Assembly (NCBI GenBank): GCA_035221665.1
Contig: CM069148.1
Location: forward strand, 14,322,001-14,386,000
Length of the DNA: 64,000 nt
Reading direction: 5' to 3'
Source: Okamejei kenojei
Lineage: Eukaryota
This document shows positions 11,700 to 24,237 of the stretch, piece after piece (the stretch's first letter is position 1; every line of letters starts with the position of its first letter). A model generated the notes under the pieces. It ran no database searches and had not been told where the DNA came from. It saw only the letters and a list, made by a program, of their open reading frames with translations. The translations under genes and the position numbers were made by a program.

Positions 11700-12110
11700 A
11701 TTCCATGATTATAATCGAGCTGGCCAGTGTACAGATACATACATGATAAAGGGAATAATGTTTAGTGCAGCATAAAGCCCAGTAAAGTACGATTAAAGAT
11801 AGTCCGAGGGCCTCTTGTGAGGTCGAAAGTAACTCAGGACCACTCTTTATTTGTTGATAAGGGTTCAATTGCCCAATGACAGCTCGGAAGAAACTGTCCC
11901 TGAATTTGGAGGTGTGCGTTTTCACACTTCTGTACCTCTTGCCTGATGGGAGAGGGGAGATGAGGGAGTGACTGTGGTGAGACTCATCCTTGATGATGCT
12001 GCTGGCCTTGCCGAGGCAGCGTGAGGTGTAGATGGAGTCAATGGAAGGGAGGTTGGTGTGTGTGATGGTCTGGGCTGCGTCCACAATTCTCCGCGATTTC
12101 TTGCGGTCTT
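11700..12110 (-). mobile_element. Rex1/Babar-like LINE 3' fragment
   Basis: DAAQTIT..LPSIDSIYTSRCL.KASSIIKD..H....SPLPSGKRYRS peptide. Related fragments at about 24850-25380 and 42400-42830. Confidence 0.65.
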
Positions 12111-12750
12111 GGTCGGATTTTACCCGATAAAATGCTTTCTATGGCGAAGTTCCAAGGTAAGATGGTAGTCACGTGGAACTAAGGTGCATGTGAACGTCCT
12201 GTACAGGGTGGTGGATCTCTGGGATTCTCTATCCTGGAGGATTGTGGACGCTGGATCACAGGAGGGATTTAAAGATTTTATTTTTTAATTAATGAACTGA
12301 GGGTCACGGCGAACGTGCAGAAAAGGAGAGTGAGGAACGATCGTGTTGAACGGCAGATTAAGAAAACCAAACTGCTTGAGGAACTCAGTGGGTCAGGCAC
12401 CATCTGTGGAGGGATGGGCAGACAGCATTTGGGGTCGGGACCCTTGGTCAGACAGAAGGTTCCCATCCTAATATATCACCTGCACAGCATGACAGGCCCG
12501 AGGGGCTGAATGGTCTAGTGCTGCTCCTATATCTGATAATCTAGCCTCTAGCATTTGAGATTGTTCCTATTATCGCGCAGACCACAGCAAATTGTCACCT
12601 GATCTACTTTCTTTCTTGAATGGTTAAGAATCCAGATCGATAATAATGATCTCAAAAGGGCGGTAAGTGCTGGAGTAACTCAGTGGGTCAGACAGCATCT
12701 CTGGAGAAAACAAATAGATAATGTTTTGGGTCGAGACCCATCTCCAGTTT

Positions 12751-12892
12751 CTTCTTCTTCTCGCGTATGGCGTGCACAGCCTACAGTTGTCGGACAACTT
12801 GTTCTATTTGATCTTATTTGATTGTGCGCGCCTTTGCTGATTGCATTTGACGAAACAGGGCGGACCACGTGAAGGTTGCAATCTCCCACCCC
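12751..12892 (-). mobile_element. Short retroposon with HDV-like ribozyme head, copy C
   Basis: TSD atctccagttt at 12740-12750 and 12893-12903 (3-nt C-run ambiguity); (GAA)n tail. Confidence 0.85.
12839..12892 (-). ncRNA. Predicted minimal HDV-like (nested double pseudoknot) ribozyme, best-preserved copy
   Basis: GGGGTGG(P1)-GA-GATTGCA(P2)-ACC(P3)-TTCACGT(L3)-GGT(P3')-CCGCCCT(P1')-GTTTCGT-CAAA(J4/2, catalytic C)-TGCAATC(P2'). Other copies at 350-403(-), 11042-11095(+) and 24103-24156(+). Confidence 0.75.
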
Positions 12893-13697
12893 ATCTCCAG
12901 TTTGAAGAAGGGTCTCGACCCAAAGCGTCACCTATCGATGTTCTCCAGAGATGCTGCTTGACCTGCAGGGTTACTCCAGAGCTTTCTGTCCTTTTGTGTA
13001 ATAATCAGTATCTGCAGCTCCTCGTCTCTACGTAATAATTATCTCAAATTAGTCGCAGGCTAGCCCAGTTTGGCTTAGATTGGAGATACAGTGTGGAAAC
13101 AGGCCGTCAGAGTCCCAGCCAAAGAGCGACCCCCCCCCCTACACCAGCACGATCCTGCACACTGGGGGGACAAATAACAATCTTTACAAAAGGCAATTAA
13201 CCTACAAAGCTGTACGTGTTTGGACTGTGGGAAGAAACTGGAGCACCAGGGAAAACCCACGTGGTCACGGGGAGAACGTACAGCGAGCGCTCGTAGTCAG
13301 GATGGAACCCGTGTCTCTGGCGCTGTAAGGCAGCAATTCTACCACTGTGCCAACCTGCCGGCAGGTTGCTCAGACGTTGGTGTTTATGCCCCTTACCAGT
13401 CTCACCCCTCCCTCCTTATCTCACCCAGCCCTTAAAAACATTGATGTGCCTATTAATGAGTCTGGCACCCTTATTTGAAGTGTTGTAGCTTGTGAACTTT
13501 AGTCTCCTCAGGCAGGAGAAATCCACAGACACACAGTCTGAAGATGGACACAAAATGCTGGAGTGACTCAGCGGGGCAGGCAGCATCTCTGGAGAGAAGG
13601 AACGGGTGGCGTTCAGGTCGAGACCCTTCTTTAAACCAGCGCCCGCAGTTCCTTCCTGCACACAGTCTGAGGAAATGTCGTTATGGTTTTCTTTCAG

Positions 13698-13793
13698 AGG
13701 CGTTGGCACTGGTGAGGCTCCGGACGCCTGCAGGATCCACGGGTCATCAGAGGTCAACAAAGCGTCGGGCAATTTCCACATTCTAGCCGGAAA
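13698..13793 (+). CDS. ERGIC2: ERGIC2-like coding exon 7
   Basis: ttttctttcAG acceptor; GVGTGEAPDACRIHGSSEVNKASGNFHILAGK (family motif CRI.G...VNK..GNFH); GT donor; 96 nt. Confidence 0.93.
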
Positions 13794-14371
13794 GTGAATA
13801 TGATTGTGTTCAGTGGCTATAAGGTTCGGGGTGATAACTTGAAAATGTATTCTGGTGCAAATCAGCCTCGCAACCATGTTGAGCAAACTCATCATGGATC
13901 ATAGAGCTGTACAGCACGAAAACAGGCCATTCGGCCCATCTTGTTCATGCCAACTACATTCCCATTTGCTTGAATTTTGCCCATAGCCCTCTAAAGCTTT
14001 CCTATCTATATTTCTGTCCCAATATCTTTCAGAAATAATTGTACCCGCCTCTAAATGTTTCTCTGGCAGCTCATTCCAGATGAGAGCTACCCTGTTGAGT
14101 GAAAAAGGATACCTTTGAATACCTAACCCTTAAAATACCTTCACTTAACCCTATGTTTTCTAGTTTTAGAGTTCACTACCCTGGGAAAAAGTGCTGAGCA
14201 CTCACTTTATCCAAGCCCCTGATGATGTGATACATAATTCAGGTCACCCCTCAGCCTCCTACGCTCCAAAGAAAAAAAGTCCCCGCCTATACCCAGCTAA
14301 CATGCTGGTGAATCCCCTCTGCGCCCTTTCAGACTTAATGTCACCTTTCCTGAAGCTGGGTGAGCAGAACA

Positions 14372-14685
14372 GAGCGGCACGGTGGCGCAGCAGTAGAGTT
14401 GCTGCCTTACGCACCCAGAAACCCGTGTTCGATCCTGACGACGAGTGCTTGTCTGTATGGAGTTTGTACGTTGTCTGTATGGAGTTTATACGTTCTCCCT
14501 GTGACCGCGTGGGTTTTCTCCAGGTGCTCTAGTTTCCCCCCACATTCCAAGGATGTGCAGGTATGTAGGTTAACTGACTTTTAAAAATTGTTTCTGGTGC
14601 ACAGGATAGAAGGAGTATATGGGTATTGCTGGTCGGTGAGCAGAAGGGCCTGTTTCCACACTGTATGTCTAAACTAAAACTAAAC
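14372..14685 (+). mobile_element. tRNA-derived HE1/V-SINE-like SINE
   Basis: A box TGGCGCAGCAG, B box GTTCGATCC, V-domain core GTGGGTTTTCTCC, (CTAAA)n tail. Confidence 0.8.
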
Positions 14686-15116
14686 CTCTCAGGTCATCTG
14701 TATTTGTTTACAAGTCCAGCATGTGTAATACTTTGTACCTTCACAAATCCTACACCAGTCCCACGTTGTATTCTCTCCACATTCTCTTCCATTCCTCCCA
14801 GATTCCACCACTCACCAACAAAGAAGGGACAATTTACAGAGGTCAATTGACCAACCTACCCCACGTGTTTTTTGGGATGCGGGAGGAAACTGGAACACCC
14901 GGGGTAAACCCATGTGATGGACCGAGCCATTCCCTGTGACCTCCTACGATTCGGGGGACGGGGGCAAATGGGGCCAGGTTAGATGGGATATCTTGGTCAG
15001 TACGGACGGGTTGGGCCGAAGGGGCTGTTTCCGTGCTCTATGACGCTATGACTGAAACTAGGCTGATCTTCACTCTCGCTCTGGCTCCTGACATCTCCAC
15101 CCTGGTTATCTTTCAG

Positions 15117-15172
15117 ATCACAGCAACTCCCAATGGGTCATGCACATGTGCTTGCAGTGAAGAACCTTGAAG
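15117..15172 (+). CDS. ERGIC2: ERGIC2-like coding exon 8
   Basis: tctttcAG acceptor; SQQLPMGHAHVLAVKNLE (GHAH motif); GT donor; 56 nt, phases match neighbouring exons. Confidence 0.85.
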
Positions 15173-16974
15173 GTATTTTAGCGCAATATGTAATTTCTTG
15201 ACCCAGCTGGCAGTGAAGCTGACTGATCCCAGGATAACTGCAAGCAGACAGACACAAAAAGCTGGGATAGCTCAGCGGGTCAGACAGCATCTCTGGAGAA
15301 AAGGAACGCGTGACGTTTAGGATTGAGACCCTAATTACAATCCCATTGTTAGAGACTGCACCCATTCGAGCGAGGTGGAACGTTTAAAGGAGCTGAGCGG
15401 GACTAGTTCATTTTCACACAGAGAGTGGTGGGTGCCCGCAGTGCTCCCAAGGGTGGGGGCAGCAGATATGATACTGTTAGACGGGCACATGCATACGCAA
15501 GGTCTGGAGGCACATGGATCAGGTGCAAGCAGAGATTATTTTAACCGGATATCATGTCCGGCACAGATGTTGCGGGCTGAAGGGCCTGTTTCTGTGTAGT
15601 ACTGTTCAGGCACTGAGGAAAGATCCCAAACCCAGAACGTCGTTTGTCCATTTCCCTCCACAGATGCTGCCTGACCTGCTGAGTTATCCCTGCAGTTCAG
15701 AAACAAACGACTGTTGATGTTAGTTTACAAAAAAAAAGGACACAGAAAAGTGCTGGAGTAACTCAGCGGGTCAGGCAGCACCTCTGGAGTACGTGGAGAA
15801 CCTGGTGACCCCTTGGGTCGAGCTTTTCTCAGACCCCAAGATGTGGAGGGACGTTGAAGAAAGGAGAAGGCGTCGTCACTGGGCTTGGATGATGTGCCAA
15901 TGGAAGACGAGCTCAACATCATTCCACCGCTGCGCCACCGTGACCGCCCAAAGACGGGTGAGAACGTATTATCTCTAATTCTTCAGCCCATCGCATCTGC
16001 ACTAACCAAGTGTCTATTTACTTCACTTCTACCAAGAAAGCACACAGTGGGTCTCTCCTTTCCAAGAAGGCGAAGGAAGTCCGCCAGTTCTCCAACGACT
16101 ATCACCAGTTTCTACAGAAATGTAGTCACATGGCAGGTTGGTTCGGCAACGCCTCTGCACAAGACCATGAGAAATTGCAGAGAGTTGTGGACGCAGCCCA
16201 GTCCTACACACTAGGGACAATTTTACAATTTGCCGAAGCCAATTAACCTACACACCTATATGTATTGGGAATGAGGGAGGAAACCCCGGAGAAAACCCAC
16301 GTGGTCACGGGGAGAACGTACAAACTCCACACAGACAGCACCCGTCGTCAGGATGGAACCCGAGTCTCTGGCAGTGTAAGGCAGCAACTGTACTGCTGTA
16401 CCTCCGTGCCACCCCTGCTGTGACAGAACGGGGTACCACTATTACAAAGGATGAGTGCAATTTTGCCTCTAAAGGACAAGGAAGTGCCCATGAAAATCGA
16501 ATGTAGATGCAAATTTAAGGCTGTCTGTCCCAGACCCTGTGCAGTACGCAGGTCCAATGTGAGATTAAAAATAGCAGGTGAGGTGATACTCTCAGTGAAG
16601 CGATGAAGCCTAACGAGAAGTTGATTGACCACCCACCAACTGCTGTCTGTGGCGGTGGCACCACTCCTGGGACTTTGCTTCTATCTTTCACCTCCCATTT
16701 GCTTCCTATAGAACATTTTTTGACAAACTAAAAGAATAAAAACCCTGCCCCTATCATTGAGACGCGAGAAACGGCAAATGCTGGAATGCCGAGCTAAAAA
16801 CAAACTTCTGGGTAAAAACAAAAAGACACAAGGTGCTGGAGTAACTCAGCTGGTCGGGCAGCATCTCTGGAGAACATGGATAGGTGGTGTTTTGGTTGGG
16901 ATCCTTCTTCAGTCTGTTGGGTTTTTTCACCATCCTCCCTGACCTCCCCCTTTAAAACCAATGCAGTCCATCCT

Positions 16975-17275
16975 CAGTGGAGGCCTTACAGCGAATGCAG
17001 CGCCGGAGACCCGGGTTCGATCCCGACTATGGGCGCTGTCTGTCCTGAGTTTGTACATTTTCTCCATGACCTGCGTGGGTTTTCTCCGAGATCTTCGGTT
17101 TCCTCCCACACTCCAAAGACGTGCGGGTTTGTAGGTTAATTGGCTTGGTAAATGTAAAAAAATAAATTGTCCCCAGTGGGCGTAGGATAATGTTAATGTT
17201 CGGGGATCGCTGGTCGGCGCGGACCTAGTGGGCCGAAGGGTCTGTTTCCACGCTGTATCTCAAACTAAACTAAAC
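16975..17275 (+). mobile_element. HE1/V-SINE-like SINE
   Basis: B box GGTTCGATCCC, V-domain core, (CTAAA)n tail. Confidence 0.8.
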
Positions 17276-17282
17276 CCATATA

Positions 17283-18642
17283 CAGTGGCTTGCAAAAGTA
17301 TTCATACCCCTTGAACTTTTCCACATTTTGTCACGTTACAACCACAAACGTAAATGTATTTTATTGGGATTTTATGTGATAGACCAACACAAAGTGGCGC
17401 ATAATTGTGAAGTGGAAGGAAAATGATACATGGTTTTCAAATTTTTGTACAAATAAAAAACTGAAAAGTGTGGCGTGCAAAAGTATTCAGCCCCCTTTAC
17501 TCTGATACCCCTAAATAAAATCCAGTGCAACCAATTGCCTTCAGAAGTCACCTAATTAGTAAATAGAGTCCACTTGTGTGCAATCTAATCTCTGTATAAA
17601 TAACATTCTGTGATGGCCTCAGAGGTTTGTTAGAGAACATTAGTGAACAAACAGCATCATGAAGCCCAAGGAACACACCAGACAGGTCTGGGATAATGTT
17701 CTGGAGAAGTTTAAAGCAGGGTTAGGTTATTAAAAAAATCCCAAGCTTTGAGCATCTCACGGAGCACTGTTCAATCCATCATCTGAAAATGGAAAGAGTA
17801 TGGCACAACTGCAAACCTACCAAGACATGGCCGTCCACCTAAACTGACAGGCTGGGCAAGGAGAGCATTGATCAGAGAAGCAGCCAAGCGGCCCATGGTA
17901 ACTCTGGAGGAGCTGCAGAGATCCACAGCTCAGGTGGGAGAATCTGTCCACAGGACAACTATTAGTCGTGCACTCCACAAATCGGGCCTTTATGGAAGAG
18001 TGGCAAGAAGAAAGCCATTGTTGAAACAAAGCCATAAGAAGTCCCGTTTGCAGTTTGCCACAAGCCATATGGGGGACACAGAAAACATGTGGAGGAAGGT
18101 GCTCTGGTCTGATAAGACCAAACTTGAAGATTTTGGCCTAAATGCAAAACGCTATGTGTGGTGGAAATTTGATATTAGATCAAAGCATATTCATGTGTTA
18201 GAATGGCCCAGTCAGTCCAGACCTAAATCCAATTGAGAATCTCTGGTAATACTTGAAAATTGCTGTTCACAGACGCTCTCCATCCAATCTGACTGAGCTT
18301 GAGCTATTTTGCAATGAAGAATGGGCAAAAATGCCAGTCTCTAGATGTGCAAAGCTGGTAGAGACATACCCCAAAAGACTTGCAGCTGTAATTGCAGCGA
18401 AAGGTGGTTCTACAAAGTATTGACTCAGGGGAGCTGAATACTTTTGCACGCCACACTTTTCAGTTTTTTTATTTGTAATAAAATTTGGAAACCATGTATA
18501 ATTTTCCTTCCACTTCACAATTATGCACCACTTTGTGTTGGTCTATCACATAAAATCCCAATAAAATACATTTACGTTTGTGGTTGTAACGTGACAGAAA
18601 GTGGAAAAGTTCAAGGGGTATGAAAACTTTTGCAAGCCACTG
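17283..18642 (+). mobile_element. Tc1-like DNA transposon, defective with internal deletion
   Basis: TA-CAGTGGCTTG...CAAGCCACTG-TA ends; ~210-bp TIRs; transposase relic 17659-18423 (ARRKPLL, WSD, LEWPSQ) with stops and a deletion near 18165 that removes the middle of the DDE domain. Confidence 0.92.
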
Positions 18643-19078
18643 TAGTAGATCTGGAACTCACTGCCTAGCGGGGAGGGAGATTGCACTGTAACTGTGATCG
18701 GATGTGTGCTTGAAGAAATTTGCAGGGCTGAACATGTGACCGTGGAAGGTGGGACCAGGCTCGGTGGACACAACAAGTTTAAGTTTAGTTTAGTTTAGAC
18801 AATGAGCACGGAAACAGGCCCTTCACCCCACCGAGTCCGCGCTGATCACCCCCTACACACCAGGAACAATTTACAGATGCCAATTAACCTGCCAACCTGT
18901 ACGTCTTTGGTGTGCGTACAAACTCCGCGCAGACAGCACCCATAGTCAGGATTGAACCCAGGGCTCTGGTGCTGTGAGGCTGCAGCTCTGCCGCTGTGCC
19001 ACCCCTTGAATGGCCTCAGACGATCTCATCGCTACCCTGTGAATCGATAAAACACACAACTCTTCCCTTCCTTTGCAG

Positions 19079-19177
19079 TGTACAATTTTTCCCACCGGAT
19101 CGACCATTTCTCCTTCGGAATGCCAAGCCCAGGATTAATACAACCACTAGATGGCAGTGAGAAGATAACAGAGTCAA
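19079..19177 (+). CDS. ERGIC2: ERGIC2-like coding exon 9
   Basis: ctttgcAG acceptor; VYNFSHRIDHFSFGMPSPGLIQPLDGSEKITES; GTGAGT donor; 99 nt. Confidence 0.95.
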
Positions 19178-19287
19178 GTGAGTTAAAACATGTACAAGGA
19201 CTTTCCTGCTCTCTTCCTCTGAGAGGGTTGTCCAATTCATGTTCGTTTCCCCAACTCAGGAAACTGTGCTGCTGGACGTATCTCGTT

Positions 19288-19587
19288 TAGTTTAGTTTAG
19301 TTTAGAGATATACCACGGCAACAGGCACTTCAGCACACTGAGTCCGCACCGCATTAACACCACCATATACACACACTAGGGACAAGTTTTAAAAAACATT
19401 TACACCAAGCCAATTAACCTACAAACACCACATATATTTGTAGTGTGGGAGGAAACCGAAGATCTCAGAGAAAACCCACGCTCGTCACGGGGAGAACATG
19501 CAAACTCCGTACAGACAGCACCCGTAGTCAGGATCGAACCCGAGTGTCTGAGCGCCGTAAGGCAGCAACTCTACTGCTGTGCCACCC
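19288..19587 (-). mobile_element. HE1/V-SINE-like SINE
   Basis: Same family on the minus strand. Further copies at about 13075-13355, 16205-16415, 27200-27480, 29350-29660, 43815-44105, 46680-46975 and 50398-50635. Confidence 0.8.
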
Positions 19588-20974
19588 TAGTAACAGGTCT
19601 ATATTGATGTTCCCTTCGAGCATTCCTAAGGAGTCGTGCAAGTTGACTTCTTACGTTTTAACTTGTTTCCCCGATGTATAGAATGTGGCGCGCGCTACAT
19701 TAAATTGCAGATACTACACTTTGATTTTCACAAATTATCCTTTGTTCTCTCTGGATTCTCTTTTCTGTGGCCTTGTTATGTGTTTTTGTTCTATTTGTAA
19801 GTGATTATTACAAGCCCTATATAGGTTTCCCCCCCCCCCCCCCCAGAATTTGGGACAGTGTGGAATGTTATGCTGATACAGCACAGGATCAGCCATATGG
19901 CCCACAGCATCTGTGTCCAAACATGATGCTAAGGTGAAGGAATCTCCTCTGCCTGCATAAGATCCATATCCCTCCCTGCCCTGTACATCCGTGTGGTTCT
20001 GTGAAAGAACAAACACTTCATATCCTTCAGATTTACGGCCTTTATAAAGACTGATACAGCCACATATTCAGCAGCGTGATGAAAACTTTAAAGCACATTT
20101 CATCTGATACCAGTGAGTTATAACAACAAGTTAGTCCAATTCAGTTTTATCAGCCACGATTGGCGCTGGTTTCTATTTTCATGTTCACAATTTATAGGAG
20201 TGGAATTAGGCCATTCGGCCCATCGAGCCTACTCCGCTATTCAATCATGGTTGATCTCTGCCTCCTAATCCCATTTTTCTGCCTTCCCATAACCCTTGAC
20301 ACCGGTTCTAATCAAGAATTTGTCTATCTCTTCCTTAAAAATACCCACTGACTTGGCCTCCACAGCCATCTGTGAATGCAGATTAACTACCCTCTGACTA
20401 AATAAGTTCCTCCTCACCTCCTTTCTAAAAGAGTGCCCTTTAATTCTGAGGCTATGACCTCTGGTCCTATTCTCTCACCGGTGGAAACATCCTTTCCACA
20501 TCCACTATGCCTTTCACTATTCTGTAACTTTCAACGAGGTCCCCCCTCCACCTTCTAAACTCCAGCGAGTAGTGGAGGCACCAGTGCATGCTCATCACAT
20601 GCTAACCCACTCATTCCTGGAATAATTATTTGACCAGAATGTGTTAGTTTCCTATATTTCTGAAGTTTGTTGCGAATGGGAATTCAACCTTCCAATGAGC
20701 GACATGGCTTTTGGTGTAAGTCTCATACATACAGTAGCTGTAGAGGAAGGTGCTGGTTTATATCAAAGGTAGACCCATTAACACCGATCCTACCCGTTTA
20801 TTATGGCTCCACACATTCACATCAACTTCCCCCTAGATTTTAAAACCCATCTGCACACTCGGGGTAATTTATGGCGGCCAATTAACCTACCAACTTTGAA
20901 CCTGGGTCTCTGGCGCTGTAAGGCAGCAACTCTACCACTGCTCCACCGTGCCGCCCTAAACTATTTGATTGTAT

Positions 20975-21395
20975 GTAATGTGTGAGTTAGAGAGAATGCA
21001 AAGGTATATGTTTACATATGTGTGCGTGATAGAGGGGAAGATAGTGTAAGTGCGCGTATATTTGAATGTGTAATGGAGAAATAGTGTAGGTTTGTGTGTG
21101 TATAGATGTGTGTGTGTGTGTGTGTGTGTGTGATAGAGAGAGATAGTTTAAGAATGTACGCGTGTGTTTGTGTGTATGTTGAGAGAGGACAGAAAGTGTG
21201 AGAAAGTGTGTGCCATGCCTGTGCCTGTGTGTGCATGCATGTGCGCGTGTGTTTGTGTGGGCAATCGTGTGTATGCACGTATAGTTGTGTATACACATAC
21301 GTATAAGTGTGTGTGCTTATGTACGCATATGTGTGTGCATGTGTGTGTGTGTGTACGTATACATGTGTCCCCGTGAACATATGCGTGCGTGTGCT
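20975..21395. repeat. Degenerate (TG)n microsatellite
   Basis: TG/purine-pyrimidine dinucleotide tract of about 400 bp. Confidence 0.9.
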
Positions 21396-23813
21396 CATTT
21401 ATTATGACGGTCACCATCTCAACTGTAACGCTCAACAGTTTTCACATCTCAAAGGTCCCAACCCTCCCAGTCTCCGTCTCCCACAACCTCCCGAGACCTC
21501 TGTACCTGGATCTCCGAAGCCGAGAGGCAGCAGCTCTACCTGCTGCAGCCCATGCCGCTAATCGATAGATGTCTGAGGGTGGCTCTCTCTGACTGCTAAT
21601 GTTTCACTGCGAAATAGAGGATTTTATTAAAAACAAAATCAGCGGCTGTGCAGAGAATTTGAGTACTCTGACGAAGTGATGAAGGCCATGTACAAGATGA
21701 AACTCCATTCCTTCATCTCTCGGCTGCTCATTGACCCACACAGGATGTAATGATTGGAATGCACCAGAAACATCAACTTAAATCCCATTGTGGCAGATGG
21801 GGAACAAATGCATTATATGCTGTAAATAAGTAATCTCTCCTTTATTTTAATTAAAATAAAATTGGAATAAAGAGCTTGCATCTACAATAGTAAGCGTGGA
21901 ACTACGTCACGGATGTAAAAGCCCTTATGGACTAAGAGTACAAATGGAAACGTTCAACTGGTCAAGCAGCATCTGTGAAGAGAGAGCGTTAATGTTTCAG
22001 GTTCATTGTCTTTCACTAAGTCACCACTGTGCTATGATAGTCATAGTGATAAACACGGAAACAGGCCCTTTGTTCTAACCCATCCATGCAGACCAAGTTG
22101 CCCGTTATCCCTCTAAACCTTTCCTTCACAGATATTTGTCCAAATATCTTTTAAATATTATTATTGTACCTGCCTCAAGCACTTCCTCTGACAGCCCGTT
22201 CCATATACCGACCACCCTTTGTGTGGAAAAAGTTGCCCTTCACGTTCCAATCGAATCTTTCCCCCTCTCACCTTAAAGCTATAGCCTCCAGTTCTTGATT
22301 CTTCTACCTTGGGAGAAAAAGGCTCTGGGCATTAATTCCCTTCATGATTTTATACACCCCCTTTAGATCACACCCCTCAGCCTCCCGCACTTCAAAGAAG
22401 AGTCCTACTCTGCCCAACCTCAAGTCCCGGCAACATCCTTGCAAAATCTTCTCTGTACTCTTTCCAATGTAATAATATCCTGCCTATAGCAGGGTGACTG
22501 ACCGAAACAGAATACAATACTCCAAGTGTGGCCTCACCAATGAGGCAAGGCTATTGGCCTGACAGGTTAATTCTGTAACTCTCTCCATAGATGCTACCAG
22601 ATTTCCTTTATCTCAGGTTTTTGGCATCTGCTGTAGGACAGCAGGCAGTTCTGCTGCCTCACAGCTCAGAGATCTGGCCTTGACCCCAAATTCTGGCACT
22701 GCCTGTGTGGAGTTTGCACGTTCTCCCTATGACCGAGAGGGTTCCAATTCTCTCCCACATCCCAAACAACCTGGTATGGTGGGACGAGAGAGATGTCAAA
22801 CCCCAACAAGCAATTCAAGTCCAAGAGCTATAGCATGTAAACAGGCCCTTCGGCCCACTTTGTCAACGCTAACCATGCTGGCATATTGGGTTAGTCCCAT
22901 TTACCCCTATTTGGCCCATATCCCCTTCATCTCTTCCTATCCATATACATGACCAGATGTCATTTATAAGTCCTAATTGTATCCACTTCTGAAGCTTCCT
23001 CCGGCAAACTGTACCTGATACACACTAAACATTGCCCATGAGGCCACTCTTAAATCTCTCCCCTCTCACATTAAGCCGATGCACTCCAGTTTTAGAATTC
23101 TCTACCCTGGGGAAAAAAACTAAGACTGAGTGTTCACGTTATCTATTCCCCTCATCATCTTGTACACCTTAATAAAGTCACCCCTCAGCTTCCTACCTCA
23201 TCGGTTCATGGAGCAAAATTAGGCCATCCAGTCCATAAAGTCTACTCCGCCATTCAATCATGGCCGATCTATCTTTCCCTCTCAACCATTCTCCAGCCTT
23301 GTCCCCATAACCCCCGACACCCTTACTATTCAAGAATCTGTCATTCTCCACAGCCTCCACAGCCGTCTATGGCAATGAATTCCACAGATTCACCACCTTC
23401 TGACTAAAGAAATTCCTCCTCATCTCCTTTCCAAAGGTACATCCTTTTATTCTGAGGCTACGGCCTCTGGTCCTAGACTCTCCCACCAGTGGAAACATCC
23501 TCTCCACGTTCACTCTATCCAGGCATTTCACTATTCGGTAAGTTTCAATGAGGTTTCCCCCCTCATCCAAAGAAAATTATTCTAGCTTATCCAAACTCCC
23601 TAAACCTCAAGCATGCAGGTGACATTGCCCCATTACCACGAAGCTCGGGGAAATGAGGGATGATAAAAAATAAATGCTGGCCACTAACTCACACTTCCCA
23701 CAAATTAGTTTAAATTATTCAGTTTTCTGTGCTTGTCATTTTAACTGTTCAGAACGCTTTGCTTCTGAAGCCCTGGTGCACAGGCATGACACTGGTCTTG
23801 TTTCCTTTCACAG

Positions 23814-23911
23814 ATCTGTACATGTTCCAATACTTCTTGATCGTAGTGCCCACTGAGATCAGCACCTACAAGTTCTCCACAAGCACCCACCAATTCTCGG
23901 TCACGGAGCAC
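23814..23911 (+). CDS. ERGIC2: ERGIC2-like coding exon 10
   Basis: tttcacAG acceptor; NLYMFQYFLIVVPTEISTYKFSTSTHQFSVTEH; GTGAG donor; 98 nt. Confidence 0.95.
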
Positions 23912-24101
23912 GTGAGCAAAATGTTAATGGTCTTCACCATCTCACACCTCAGCGCGTTGGGAAGCGTCACGCACTCTCATCCAGGGCTTCTTTCATTTGG
24001 CGCACAGTGCCATTCAGCACCAGAGCCCAAGAGTGAGACCTGGGTCACTGTGCTGGAATGGGTGCATGGTCAAGTTTCAGAGTCACATTTATCTAACCTG
24101 T

Positions 24102-24237
24102 GGGGGCGGGAGATTGCAACCTTCACGTGGTCAACCCTGTTTCGACAAATGCAATCAACCCGGCGTGCACAATCAAATAAGATCAAATAGAACAAGTTGT
24201 CCGACAACTTTAGGCTGTGCACGCCTAGAAGAAGATG
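24102..24237 (+). mobile_element. Short retroposon with HDV-like ribozyme head, copy D
   Basis: 11-bp TSD atctaacctgt at 24091-24101 and 24238-24248; GAAGAAGATG tail. Confidence 0.85.

Noticed and set aside
20987-21561. His/Thr-rich and Val/Cys-rich ORFs
   Set aside because: Translations of a TG microsatellite.
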